This document shows positions 53,170 through 64,000 of a stretch of DNA of 64,000 bases, in pieces (the first letter of the stretch is position 1; each line of letters begins with the position of its first letter). The translations under genes and the position numbers were made by a program. The notes under the pieces were generated by a model. It worked only from the letters and a program-made list of their open reading frames with translations, was not told the origin of the DNA and searched no databases. Source of the stretch: Eutreptiella sp. 'Long Island Sound 2002' (Eukaryota > Protista > Euglenida); contig OZ038378.1 of the NCBI GenBank assembly GCA_964036045.1, positions 195,486,001-195,550,000 on the forward strand. Reading direction: 5' to 3'.

Positions 53170-56100
53170 GGTGCCACGTGGGTTTGGGTATATGTAGCCG
53201 GATGGCTGGATCAAACAGTTGACGGTCAAGATCTCTTCGAGCTAGTTGGAGTCTGAGCGCCCTACACCACCACTCCGGTCGAAGACATTGAGAGTGGTAA
53301 AGTGGATTTGATGGACTACCAGGTCGCAGGTCCAGGTGAGATAGTGGAGCTTGAGCGCCGAGCAACATGGACCCTATTGGAGCCAATCCTTCCGCAGTTG
53401 GTGGCCCATCAGATCAAGACAGGTTGCTAGGTACTCAAGGAGCGCCTCCGACGTTGAGAGAAGTCCGAATTTAATTTAATCGATTTGTTTCTGTTGCAAC
53501 GAGATGAACTTTGTGACCGGAATTGCAGGGAATGGGAGGAGAATCATGTCAGGAATGCGACCATCCAAGTCTCAAATGTCACTGCGAGGGAGGAATACAA
53601 GCATCTAGGGATCCCTGTCGGGGGTTTCGAACCGGACATTGATCGAATGTTGCCAAGTACCATACGTGACCGTGTGCCATCAGCTTGGCAATCCCGAAGC
53701 GACCGGTATGATCTGCTAAATCCACTCAGAAGAGGAGAGACAGCCAGATTCGTCTCACTCGCCAAAGGTAATGCCCGGGGCACCCAAATGGGAGTTGCAT
53801 CGGCGCAGGAAGTGACCATCTCACTCCCTCTTTGCTGCGCCACCAAAGCGCTAAGAGGGTTCCCCCGCAACAGTCCACAGTGCCCAAGGAGAGCAAACAT
53901 TGCATGCCAAGAAGGTCATTATCGTCCAGATCCCAGTCATGTTGGTTCAACAGCCCTTGGAAAGGCCGGAGAAGGTAGGGGTGATGTAACCATATTGATG
54001 TCTCCCCACCATGGGGACCCCGAGAGGGCTGACGGGTTGAATCCTTTCAACCATTGTCCCCATTTTCCATTCTTTATGACACATTTCACAGACCCCATGC
54101 CCATCAGTTCCATTGGTGGCATATGGAGTACTGATTTGTGGAATCCTAAGTATGCTTCGCATGTTCCCAAGGTAGCGGTTGCCGTTGATATGTTTGGCAA
54201 CATTGTACGGATTTGCCCCCTGACCCCGGGACATCTGTGGATGTCTTGATTTGGAATGGGTATGAACCGTCTCGTACCCGCGGTGATTTCTTTGGTTTTG
54301 AGGTTGGGGGCCATGACGGCGCTTATAAACACCACATTCATGTTATTGTGCCATTCATTGGAACAAAGAATGGAACTTTGACAGCCCGGCAACAATTGTA
54401 CAATCATGTGCATGGGTGGCATGGGGCACACATTGAGCATTTCTTTGGACAAGTGTGGCATTGGGGTTTGGTTAGGAACATCTGGCGTGGCAGCTTTGAT
54501 GATGTCTTGGCACAGGGTTTGTTGTTGTGGAAACATCCCGAAATGGCCCTTGCATTGCGAAAGACTTAGCGTGACATCTTGCGCCTTCATGTTGTGCGGT
54601 GAGAAAAATTGAACGGTACCACAATGGCTAGCAGAAGAAGCCCTTGGGTCACTTCAGTTTACTCATCCTCAGTTAGCATGTTGCTTGGATGAAAAGGTGC
54701 GTTGTGTGCTCGTTTCATCCTTCACGCCACAATATGTTACACGGAGGCCAAACACTATTCAAATTTGTACAAAACCTTGGTCCCTTGTATCACCTTGTTG
54801 GGATTTGAGATGAAGCAAATGCTAAAAGGTGGAGAAAGACACCTATGACCTGTTTGATGAAATTGTGCTCTTTGGAACATCCCTCGAACTTTCCAACATG
54901 GCGCTTGCCGATGGTCTTTGGGTGTAGCGTTGCAAGCACCCCTTCATTTTGCGTTTCTCGTACCATGTGTACTGAGCACTTAAACTCTCCCATGCTATGG
55001 GCACCTCGTGAGCAATGTGTTATTTACATCAACGAAGGGCCTGGCGGAAGGCGAAAATGTCCCCCTTGGACCAACTTGCGACAAAGCCAACCATGGTCAT
55101 TGGACGCTATGTTTCATGCCCTATTTCGCGCCGTGTTACATTTGCAAAACATGACACAGCACAACACAACACAACACAACACACTGTGGTTGTGGCAGGC
55201 CCCACCACCTGCATGGAGTGTACAGTACATAGAGGTTCTGCGCCCCCATTGGGCTCTCCCTCTGTGGAGAACTGCCTTACCCGCATCCCACCCATTGGTT
55301 AAGCTGACTTTACTGTACATACCTCTAGGCCGTTGCTGCCTAAGTACACTGTCTGCCTTGATGGCCGAACTCACCACTGTCGGAAGAAAAAAAAAACACA
55401 CAACACAACACAACACAACACAATTCGACAACACAACACCCTTGGTAAACATTTGGAAGGAAATCAATATCTTGTTGTTTAGGCATCTCTCAAGCTATCT
55501 AATAAGCATAGATAGTGGGGGGGGGGGGTTTGCCCGACACGCTACTTTTGTATTACTATCCCGACTTTAACCCCAGATTTACCCTGCCCTAGAAGAGCCC
55601 CCCAAATCCACCAAGAGTGGACGGCAAACCTTCCCTACAAAGCACAGTGCATAAGTTGAAATAGCTGAGTTTAACATCAATGTGTGTTACTCATGTATCG
55701 GCTAATAAACAATCTTTTCCCCACAAGTGTGGGCAGCAATACATTCATCACAATAATGCTCCTGGCACTCACCACAACCTGTGATAGTGGTGCGCTTCTA
55801 ACAACACAAGGCACACACATCTGCCTCATCCTCTCCTTCATCTTGCGTGGCAGTGGTGTTGTTGTTATCAGTCCAAACATGAGGCGGGGCATGGTCCCAT
55901 GGACCATAAGGAAGGTGACGGACCTGCCTCCGAATGCAAAATTGTGTGAAATGCAACAAAACACGCACGGACTGGTGCAAGCTCCGTTTGCTGAGTTGTG
56001 GGTGCGCATTGTGCACGATGTGCTTCGCCAATGCCGCACGGGATTGCTTCTGGGTTGTTGTTTCGAAGGGCTGCTTGAAAAATCTTTCTTGAGCCCTACC
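53170..56100 (-). mobile_element. Decayed non-LTR retrotransposon (RT to RNase H to C-terminal region)
   Basis: Minus-strand relics: APLSQVVVSARSIIVMNVLLPTL (about 55700-55810) resembles RT GCPLSP...NIVMEVLL, and an RNase H-like ILW..G.NE stretch lies near 54720. Many stops and frameshifts. Confidence 0.5.
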
Positions 56101-56244
56101 AGTTGAGGTGTGCGGTGAATTTTGTAAAGCCTCATCAGGTAACCAGGCCTTTAACAACCGAATTGCCTGATTGCTATGCTCTTGGGAGCTACACATGTTC
56201 CCATTGTTGGCTTGTAATACGCACATTGATTGAATACAATCTGA

Positions 56245-56272
56245 TTTACCCATTTTGCCTTCCTGCTCTTAG
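56245..56272 (+). promoter_or_regulatory. Polypyrimidine tract and AG acceptor upstream of trmB (candidate SL trans-splice site)
   Basis: CCCATTTTGCCTTCCTGCTCTTAG ends at 56272, 22 nt before ATG 56295. Confidence 0.5.
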
Positions 56273-56294
56273 GTCTCATTGTTTTTTTCAACCC

Positions 56295-57743
56295 ATGTTC
56301 GCTAGTCGCACTAGCTATTTCTTGCCCATCGATTTCCAATGCCCTCGTCAAGAGGAACAACCTCGGTGCCTCCCTATGAAGCTCCTCGCAGTTGTGGTCA
56401 GCGCAATAGTTCTTTGTGTGCTCCATCTGCAACACGCACCAGCATCTCCCATCAATGTACAAACAACAAACGTTGCTGCTCATCACGCGCCGCATATCGT
56501 CACCGAAGCGCGACCCCATTCACTGTCTCACGTCAGGATCGCTCAATGTGGAGCCACTCGTCCGCGTGGTTGTGCGCTGTCTCGTGCTCGCGCTAGTTTT
56601 TCTCCAACTGGCACTCCACTGCGAAAGGCAACGCCCTGGCCTTTGGAAGTCAATCCTGTCCGTCCCCGATGGGTAAATATATTTGTTTGGACGTGCATTG
56701 TTGCTTGCATGGTGAAATGCTTGCAGCCGAAGAGGCGCGATCGCAGGCGCTCATGGCAACTACCAATGGATGCTTCCAAGCCCCCTTGGAGCCTACATGC
56801 GACTGGATATGCGAACGCGAGGGTACCAATGTCGCTTCAGTCCAACAACCACACCACCATGTGGATGAGATTCAAGCATTGTTGCGCGATGCAATTGCTC
56901 GTAAACGACCCTTCACATCCTTGTGATTCCGTCGAAGAGTCCTACCAACGAAGTGGGATGGATGCGCTGTGCGATTGCTCCGGGAACGCACATGTATGGC
57001 AGATGTGCTCGTCTAGCGCTGACTCGACCCGGGACCCCATTAGGTCCAAGTCCTCCCGCAAAAAGCTCCTTAAGAAGCCCGGTTGGTACAAGCGGCTCCA
57101 TCACCAACTCACACCTGCGCAACGCCGATCATGCGCCACATTGCTACCACTCTACCGCCTCCCGTTGAGTTATGGATCCGGTGGCCCCAAGCCGTTGGAT
57201 TTTGCGCAAGCTTTCGGCCGGAATGGTCCACAAGAGGTCACACTTGACGTCGGGTGTGGGCACGGGGACTCGTTGGTGGCCATGGCGCAAGAGAACCCGC
57301 ATGGCTGCTTCATCGGGACCGAGTGGCATAAGGCTAGTGTTGGCTCCACTCTGCAGAAGATCCACGACCTCCAACTAAGTAATTGCCGCGTTGTTTACAT
57401 GGAATTCACCAAGTTCCTCGACCACGTCCCTGACGGGGGCCTCACTAATGTGTGCATATTTTTCCCGGACCCGTGGTTGAAGGAGGTGGACGTCGAGAGG
57501 CGGGTGGTGCGATCGGACACTGTGGCTGCCCTAGCGCAAAAACTGAGACCCGAAGGGGTGCTCCGCATAGCAACGGACGTAGATGACTACCGGGATTGGG
57601 TTGTGCAGACCATGGGCAATTCTAGCGCCGACTGGATGGTCGGGGATCCAAAAACGATGGCACGCAGCTTTGTGACGCTCTATGAGCAGCGAGCTTGGAA
57701 TGAGGGCCGCGAAGTGCACGAATTGTTGTACATACGGCGATGA
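56295..57743 (+). CDS. trmB: tRNA (guanine-N7)-methyltransferase TrmB with euglenid class I plastid-targeting presequence, apparently single-exon (482 aa)
   Basis: LTPAQRR..LLP.Y...LDF...FG; DVGCGHG (SAM motif I); FIGTEWH; FFPDPWLK; LRIATDVDDY; TLYEQRA. The N-terminus has hydrophobic segment 1 (LLAVVVSAIVLCVL), an S/T/R/P-rich spacer, hydrophobic segment 2 (WVNIFVWTCIVACMV) and then basic KRRDRRR. Confidence 0.9.
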   Translation: MFASRTSYFLPIDFQCPRQEEQPRCLPMKLLAVVVSAIVLCVLHLQHAPASPINVQTTNVAAHHAPHIVTEARPHSLSHVRIAQCGATRPRGCALSRARASFSPTGTPLRKATPWPLEVNPVRPRWVNIFVWTCIVACMVKCLQPKRRDRRRSWQLPMDASKPPWSLHATGYANARVPMSLQSNNHTTMWMRFKHCCAMQLLVNDPSHPCDSVEESYQRSGMDALCDCSGNAHVWQMCSSSADSTRDPIRSKSSRKKLLKKPGWYKRLHHQLTPAQRRSCATLLPLYRLPLSYGSGGPKPLDFAQAFGRNGPQEVTLDVGCGHGDSLVAMAQENPHGCFIGTEWHKASVGSTLQKIHDLQLSNCRVVYMEFTKFLDHVPDGGLTNVCIFFPDPWLKEVDVERRVVRSDTVAALAQKLRPEGVLRIATDVDDYRDWVVQTMGNSSADWMVGDPKTMARSFVTLYEQRAWNEGREVHELLYIRR

Positions 57744-57795
57744 AAGGCGATCGTTCATGTCCGCAACAACTGAACCCCATCGTGCTGTCTAATGG

Positions 57796-59660
57796 CTGTT
57801 TTCTCAATGACACTTTTCTTTCAGAGGCCTACGAGCCGTTTTGTAGGAAGTCCTGTACTGGACACTGGAATTGGGTGTTCTGTGCAGTAGAACATGCGTT
57901 TCTGTCCGGAGAATAGTGTTATATTGACGTTTGTTGGGGTGTTCAATGAGGGGTCGTTTGGCCACTGGTGTTCTGGTCGTGCATTCCCCCGCGTGCGAAA
58001 CACATGACCGTGTCTCGCTCCAATACCATCCTCAGTGCACACTTCAGAGCCCGTGTCACTCAGTGCACACTTACTCAGTGCCCACAGAATTTCAGCCTGA
58101 CAACATTGCCCCTACAAATGACCTTGATCCACAAAACCAGCTTACACAAAAGTCTTGGCACTGGACACTGCCTGTAACCCCCATCTTACGGTCGCACAGC
58201 CTTGTCATCCGCTTCACCACTGGTGAACATGCGCCTGCCACTGGGATGATGCTGATGGGGACGAATACATCCGCTGGAGGTACATTCACAAGGGGCCTGG
58301 GATTGCGCCTGATGCTCCCATTTGAGCAAGTCTTATTCCCCATCGCCATCACCCTCTGAGGTCATCAACATGCAGTGTGTTGCCCCCGCCATGGGCCAGC
58401 CCGGCCCTACCCGCCACCCTGCCCATTGGTGGAACCTTGGCGCCACCAAGGCGGGTATCCCCTGCTGCATCAACCACAAAAAGTGTGATATTACAACTCG
58501 AGAGTGTCTGGAGCTGCCCCCTGGTTGCCTGTGCCCAATTGCCCAGCCAACACACAGAATTGGACCCTTTTTTCGCGCCAAACACATAACAACTGCTGCT
58601 GCCACCTCAGCCCTACCGGTGTTCCCACCGGAAAAGTGGAGCACAGGGTCCACTTGGGCAGAGGGTCTCCGAAGCATGGGCTGCAATTTTCGATGACAAG
58701 TTGTGCAGCCATGAGGGAAGCATTTTGCCCCAATGAGGGTGCCTCAGCGCACCGCGCGCGCACACCGCGCGCACCGCGCGCTGAGGCAGACGCGTCACTT
58801 ACCGGTGAAATGCACACCTTTTTCAGACAGGTGTTTTGTGAAATGCTACAGTAAAATGTTTGGTTCCCACTGCAATGTTTGGTTCCCAATGCTTTGTTTT
58901 CAAGCGGTTTCAAAATGTTTGGCTTCCACTGCAATGTTTGTTTCCCAATGCTTTGTTTTGAAACGGTCTCAAAATGTTTGGAGGCAAAACATAATCACAC
59001 CGATATTTTCTAATGCACAAGGTGCCCTGCTGCCCACTTCTACACCTGGACATTGATATTTCCACCCAAACACAACAATTGGCCACCTAGTTGTCATACT
59101 AAGGCCCCTATGACCGCTTTTTGGCAACATTCTATGGTACCGCCGTTCTAAGTCAACCGGGCTACAGTCGCACCGCGCGCGCGCACCGCGCGCGAGGCAC
59201 CCTCAATGGCGTAGAATGTAGCAAATCAGAGGGCACAGATTTGGATCCCATTGTGACTCTGGTATTCATTGTATGACTCTAACCTGCTCACATCGATGAC
59301 TCATTTTTTGCATCGCATTCTGGGAAGGATCACAAAGTACATATGGGTGGAAGTGTACCTGTTCGTACATTGTTCTGGGTCTGGGTTCCACCCCATGCTA
59401 CTATACAATGGGTGAGTGCATGCCGGGAGGTTAGGGGGGGGGTTCATGCATCATGGTTGGTGTAGTTCCTGACCTGGTGGGTCTACCCCTGGCCTGTTTT
59501 TGGGTTTGTCCTGCCTGGCATAATATATGGGTGGGTCAGTGGCCGTGGCCTGGTGGTCTGGGCTTCCTGAATTGTGGCTGGGGGGTCGAGTGTGGTTTCG
59601 GCGTTGTTAGTGGTGGTTTTTTGGGTGGCTGTCCTGTTTGCTGAGTTTGGCTTAGTTTTC
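57796..59660. mobile_element. Dispersed repeat copy 2 (homologous to 46033-47440), interrupted by a MITE
   Basis: Colinear with copy 1 on both sides of 58735-59204. Confidence 0.9.
58735..59204. mobile_element. MITE, 470 bp, TIR GAGGGTGCCTC, 3-bp TSD AAT
   Basis: AAT at 58732-34 and 59205-07; the empty site CCCCAATGGCG is present in the paralogous copy at 46970-46980; subterminal GCACCGCGCGC repeats. Confidence 0.92.
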
Positions 59661-59699
59661 GTTGGGGTCATAGTGGTGTGTACTGGCACGGTGCTTTTT

Positions 59700-62600
59700 T
59701 TTTTTTGTTGGCTGGCTGGTATGACGTGCTGTAGGGGAAGTTGGGGATTTTCCAGCAGTTTACGTTGAAGACTGGTGTCGGTACTGACGGCGGTGGGTTG
59801 TTTTTGGGGCACTGCACGCTGGTGTCCACCGCTGTCGTTAGTACCTCGCGTCGGTGCTTCAAGCAGGGCTCCCATTGTTGATGTGAGGAGATCAATGGTT
59901 GCACTCCCGCTGCTAGTGATTTGGGGACAATTGTGCGCACAAAACTTCGCCTATCTCCCTCAGAAGCCTTGGACCACCAGGGAACGACTAATGTCCATGC
60001 ACGTTGTGGCCATGCTTTTCGGAAGAGGTCCCAAAGTGACCACAGTGCTTTACAATGGCTTACCATGGACAGAGGATCCATTGGATAAACGAAGTCACAC
60101 TTGAAATATTTATGGAGATACATTGGATCATGTGAAGGGTAGCCTTCAACCCACAAAATGACGGAGATCCGTAGGAATCGCCAACCAGTCAGAACTGTGT
60201 CCAGAATGCACTAAATGGTGGTGGTGCTGTGCAACGATGTGGTTAGTGTTTTATGAGCTTGCATGTCAGAGGTACACCTGATTTGGAAATACATGCTTTG
60301 GGCGATGGTGGCAGTAGGTTGGTTTCTGGACGCACAGAATACACCCATTTGGAAAGAGCATCTGCCAGCCCACTTCCCAGGAATCCTAAGTGTGCTTTGA
60401 CCCATACCATTTGAGGTTTGCAGAGGAATTTCCGCAATTAAGTGGAGGATGCCTGAACCCAACTGTACCTGGGCGTTGATGAGTTGGAGGTTGGAAGACG
60501 AACCTCTGTATAGTCCAATGAAGGATCAAGTGTTTGCAGTGCCAACTTGAACACTCCTACGACTTCTGCATTGTCACCTAATATGGAACTGTCAGAGGGA
60601 ATAGTGATGGGACAGGTAACGGAGGGAAATCAAAAGCGCTCAGAATTCTGCCTTACCTGAGGTAGTGAAGGGGGTGGGGGGCCAAGGCAAAGGGAGGTTT
60701 TCCTGGTGGAAAGAAAATTGCAGCTGAGCCAATGAGTGAGTGTTTTTGGGGCCCGTCCCGCTGTTCTTGGAGCTGTTCATGAAATTGGGCAATTTGTTGC
60801 ATGCAATGCACATGCCATACAAACTCTTTTAAATGACGGACGTGCCAGGACTCTAATCCAACCTTTTCCACACAGTCTAAAGCTACTGGAGCAAGTAGGG
60901 ATGTCAAATGTTGCATATCATTTCTGGCCAACAATGCTGAAGTGGTTTTGGGTGGGGGCGCACCGTGCACTGTGCCTGCGCTGTGCGAAAAATAAGCTAT
61001 TTTGGACCCGTTTTGGCCGATGGCCAAGGTGAACACAGTAACTACTGTGTTCCCATACACAGGACTACTCAGATTCGTACTCAGTTCAAAACCTCAGATG
61101 ATGAGTTACAACAAGCTATGCTTCACACTGAAAATGCCAGATTGCTGTCTAAATCTGTGGTTTTTGCCCTGTGGACGTAGCCTAGCTGTCAGGACTCTTT
61201 TCTTGAGCCTGATTTTGGGGGCGCCCTTAGCGCAGTGCAGGCGTAGTGCGGGCGCAGTGCCCCTATTTGCATCTAGCCGTACTGGAGACCCATATTTTGT
61301 GATACTAGGGGCATCATTGTTGCCCCTAGCATAGGTTTTCATGCCTCTTCCACATTGGGGATATGGCATTTTTCGATTGTCACCCACTTTCACCCATTTC
61401 CACCCCTTTTCACAACTTTTTTTTTGCTCATCTTCACTTTGGACTGCCACACTTTGGTGTGGGCCCTGACACACTCCCCAGTTTTGGCCTGACCACAGTC
61501 AAATGCCTGTCTAGAATGCAATGAATGGTGGTCGTGCTATGGAACGATGTGGTTAGTGTTTTTATGAGCTTGCGTGTCAGAGGTACACCTGATTTGGAAA
61601 TGCAAATTACGAGGTAGGATCTCATCTCTGCAAATCGGGGGTTCCGCCGCAGGGAACATCACAGGCACCGTAGGCTAAGAATTTGATACAACATGACACC
61701 GCTGCAATACATTGACATCTCGCTTTCCTCAAGGCCTCAGCCTGGCACCACTGTCACCCATTGTGTCACCTGCAGCACCCTCATCGGTTGCATTGCTTGC
61801 AGCACCGTGACGTGCTGCATCAGGTGCAGCACTCACACCCATTCATCGGGTTCAGCACGCTCATCTGCTGCATCAAATGCAGCACGCTCACCATTGGTAT
61901 CCTTCAGGCTTCAGTCCCGAAGTCAACCATTTCTAACCCAGACCTAATGGAGAAGCGCCAACAGGTAGTTCCTAGGATATCCCCGGCTGAAGCTGAGCGT
62001 TGAGCCCAAGTTTTCAAGGGTTTGCGAGATCGTGGAATTAGTTCCGGCGTTCATCATCAATGCTCTTTGGTCCACTCCGCTGCTACTTTCCCCCTCTTTT
62101 TAGGTTTTTTTGTTGAATTGGTCCAAGACGACTGTTACAAACGCTGCAGCCCATGTCGTCAGTTAGCGTAGTCACACTGTTGTACAACCTGATAGCCTGT
62201 TCAATTTGCTCTTCTTGTTATTGCTTTGTGTGTCTCGTTTCTTCATACGCATGTGTGCCTGTTTGGATGGCTGTGGCCTGTAAAGAAAAGGACTCTCGCA
62301 CACCACAGCTACACACCACTTCAAGTAGTTTCTCTTTCACTCACACTGTAACCATACTAGCGGCATCTATCTACCGCGGTCTGTCGCAGCCACAATCGTG
62401 AAAGTCATTAGTGATCTGTATATTCGGATTATCATGATTTGTAAAGTAGAATTTGCCGATTTGTTGCTTTACATTATTACATGTATGCATTTGTGCATCA
62501 TCCATACCCTTGTCTCTTAGACATGGTATAACCACCCATTCAGGGGAGTACAACATCCCTTGTCCTGGTTAGGGTGGCAAGTGGGGACCATGTTCACTCC

Positions 62601-63450
62601 CATCCATACACGGTATGTGTTAGTGTTCTTCGTGTCCGTCGTGCTTGGGAATATTAGAGATCATAACCTGGGGAACCTTTGGTTGTATGGCAGCATTTGT
62701 TGGTGACTTTCTTGCTCCATGCTGCCATTGCGTCTGTGCTGAGGCCAGAGGCGGTGGACGGGCTTTGTGGGCGAGTTAAGGCAGCGCTTACGGACCTTTT
62801 TGACCTGTATTTTTAGATCATCTTGACCATTCTGGTCACCAAGCAGCATGGTCTGGATCTGGAGTTCAAGACTAAAAATCCGACAAATCCGATTTCATCG
62901 ATGCCCTCGAACGCATTCGGCGTGGTCTCTTTGCCCTTCGGCGTCGTGGAGGAGTTACGGCGGCCCTTAGGGGTGAGTACTTTGAGTTCGTTCTTTTCAT
63001 CCCACTAAAATTCGGGTTTGCGTCGGACAACTTGCTCCGCAGCTACATTGGGGGCACTAGGTTCCAAATCTAAGCGTCAGCGATGCATTGTGTCAAGTTC
63101 GGCAATGTGCGGCGGCGTCAGTGGCACTAGAGATCGTCGTCATCCTCTGCTCTGCCCTGTTTGGGCCCTAGGGGACACCAAGTCCTCAATTTGGGTGCAG
63201 GCCCCTCACTTTTCATGGTGCTGCATCACGGCAGCGAATCAGCCTTGTGTAGCCAGCAGCACTGCGGCGAATGTTGTCGACATTCGCCGCAGTGCTGCCA
63301 GCTACATCTCCCCAAATTGGACTTGCATCTTGCCCATGCTTGCACCACAACCGATGGGCATTTCTCTCCCTTGCCTTGTGTCAATCACTGAACAGAAACA
63401 TGCCACTTGCCCCTTGCACAGAGGATGATTAGATTTTTGAACGCCTTGGG
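59700..63450 (-). mobile_element. Decayed and rearranged RNase H-bearing non-LTR retrotransposon(s)
   Basis: Minus strand WVKAHLGFLGSGLADALSKW (about 60350-60415) matches RNase H WVKAHxGxxGNExAD. A weak APE-like ITNDF lies near 62410. About 90 bp is duplicated (60200-60290 and 61511-61601). Confidence 0.65.
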
Positions 63451-64000
63451 GCCTCTGAAGTCATGAAAGGTCAATGGCTTGCTTGTAATAGTAAATAACT
63501 TTGAGCATGGGATGACAACATTTGAAGAACACATTATGAGATTTTGGGCTGAGAACTATGAACCCCGATGGCCGACATTCGTGCTTTGCCGGCTTTGATT
63601 GGGTTTTGAATCTGCCGAATTTCTATCACCTTGAAGAAGAATAGGAGGCAATACTGAAAAAATGCATCACATAATTCGGGACTCTCATATGTATGCTGCT
63701 CTATTGTGCCAGCCAGCGACAGGCACCGGTAGCGCCGGGCAAAGGGACCACTGCCGACTAGGTACACTGCAACACAACACCACGCTAGTTAGGAATGCCG
63801 CCCAGCCAAGAAGGCTAATGCAACCGATTAATCCGTCTTTATGACCACAACATCGAAAAACTTGATCGACTGTTTCTGGATGTAGTGCCATTAAACCATG
63901 AAACACGTGCCCGACCTAGGTTTGCTTAAGCAAAAACGGATTGTCAGTATGGTGACACTCTTGTAGATAGAAACCATGAAAAGTTGAGCCGTCGTGGAGT

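Noticed and set aside
53485-54249. Plus-strand ORF with YKHLGIPVG resembling an RT YKYLG motif
   Set aside because: No other RT motifs on this strand, while the neighbouring RT and RNase H relics are on the minus strand; treated as coincidence.

Overview
Eukaryotic, repeat-rich genomic DNA, most likely from a photosynthetic euglenid. This is inferred from a euglenid class I plastid presequence, candidate trans-splice acceptors and repeats I recall from Eutreptiella-type sequence; no database search was run. Main content: (1) a 149-bp satellite array at 1-2760; (2) a + strand GRIP-domain coiled-coil golgin gene, hand-assembled as 21 GT-AG exons over 4282-47570 (2214 nt, 737 aa, frame-consistent), whose introns hold MITEs, simple repeats and retroelement relics, including an intronic J-domain ORF and a CCCH-finger ORF; (3) an intact-looking tyrosine-recombinase element at about 49565-52110; (4) an apparently intronless plastid-targeted tRNA m7G46 methyltransferase (TrmB) at 56295-57743; (5) decayed RT/RNase H non-LTR retrotransposons on the minus strand. 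The standout is the recombinase element. Its gag-like zinc-knuckle ORF and recombinase ORF are in the same frame, separated by one UGA-C followed 8-9 nt later by a strong hairpin, which is a readthrough signature. No reverse transcriptase is attached. Most ORFs in the supplied track are artefacts of repeats and high GC.
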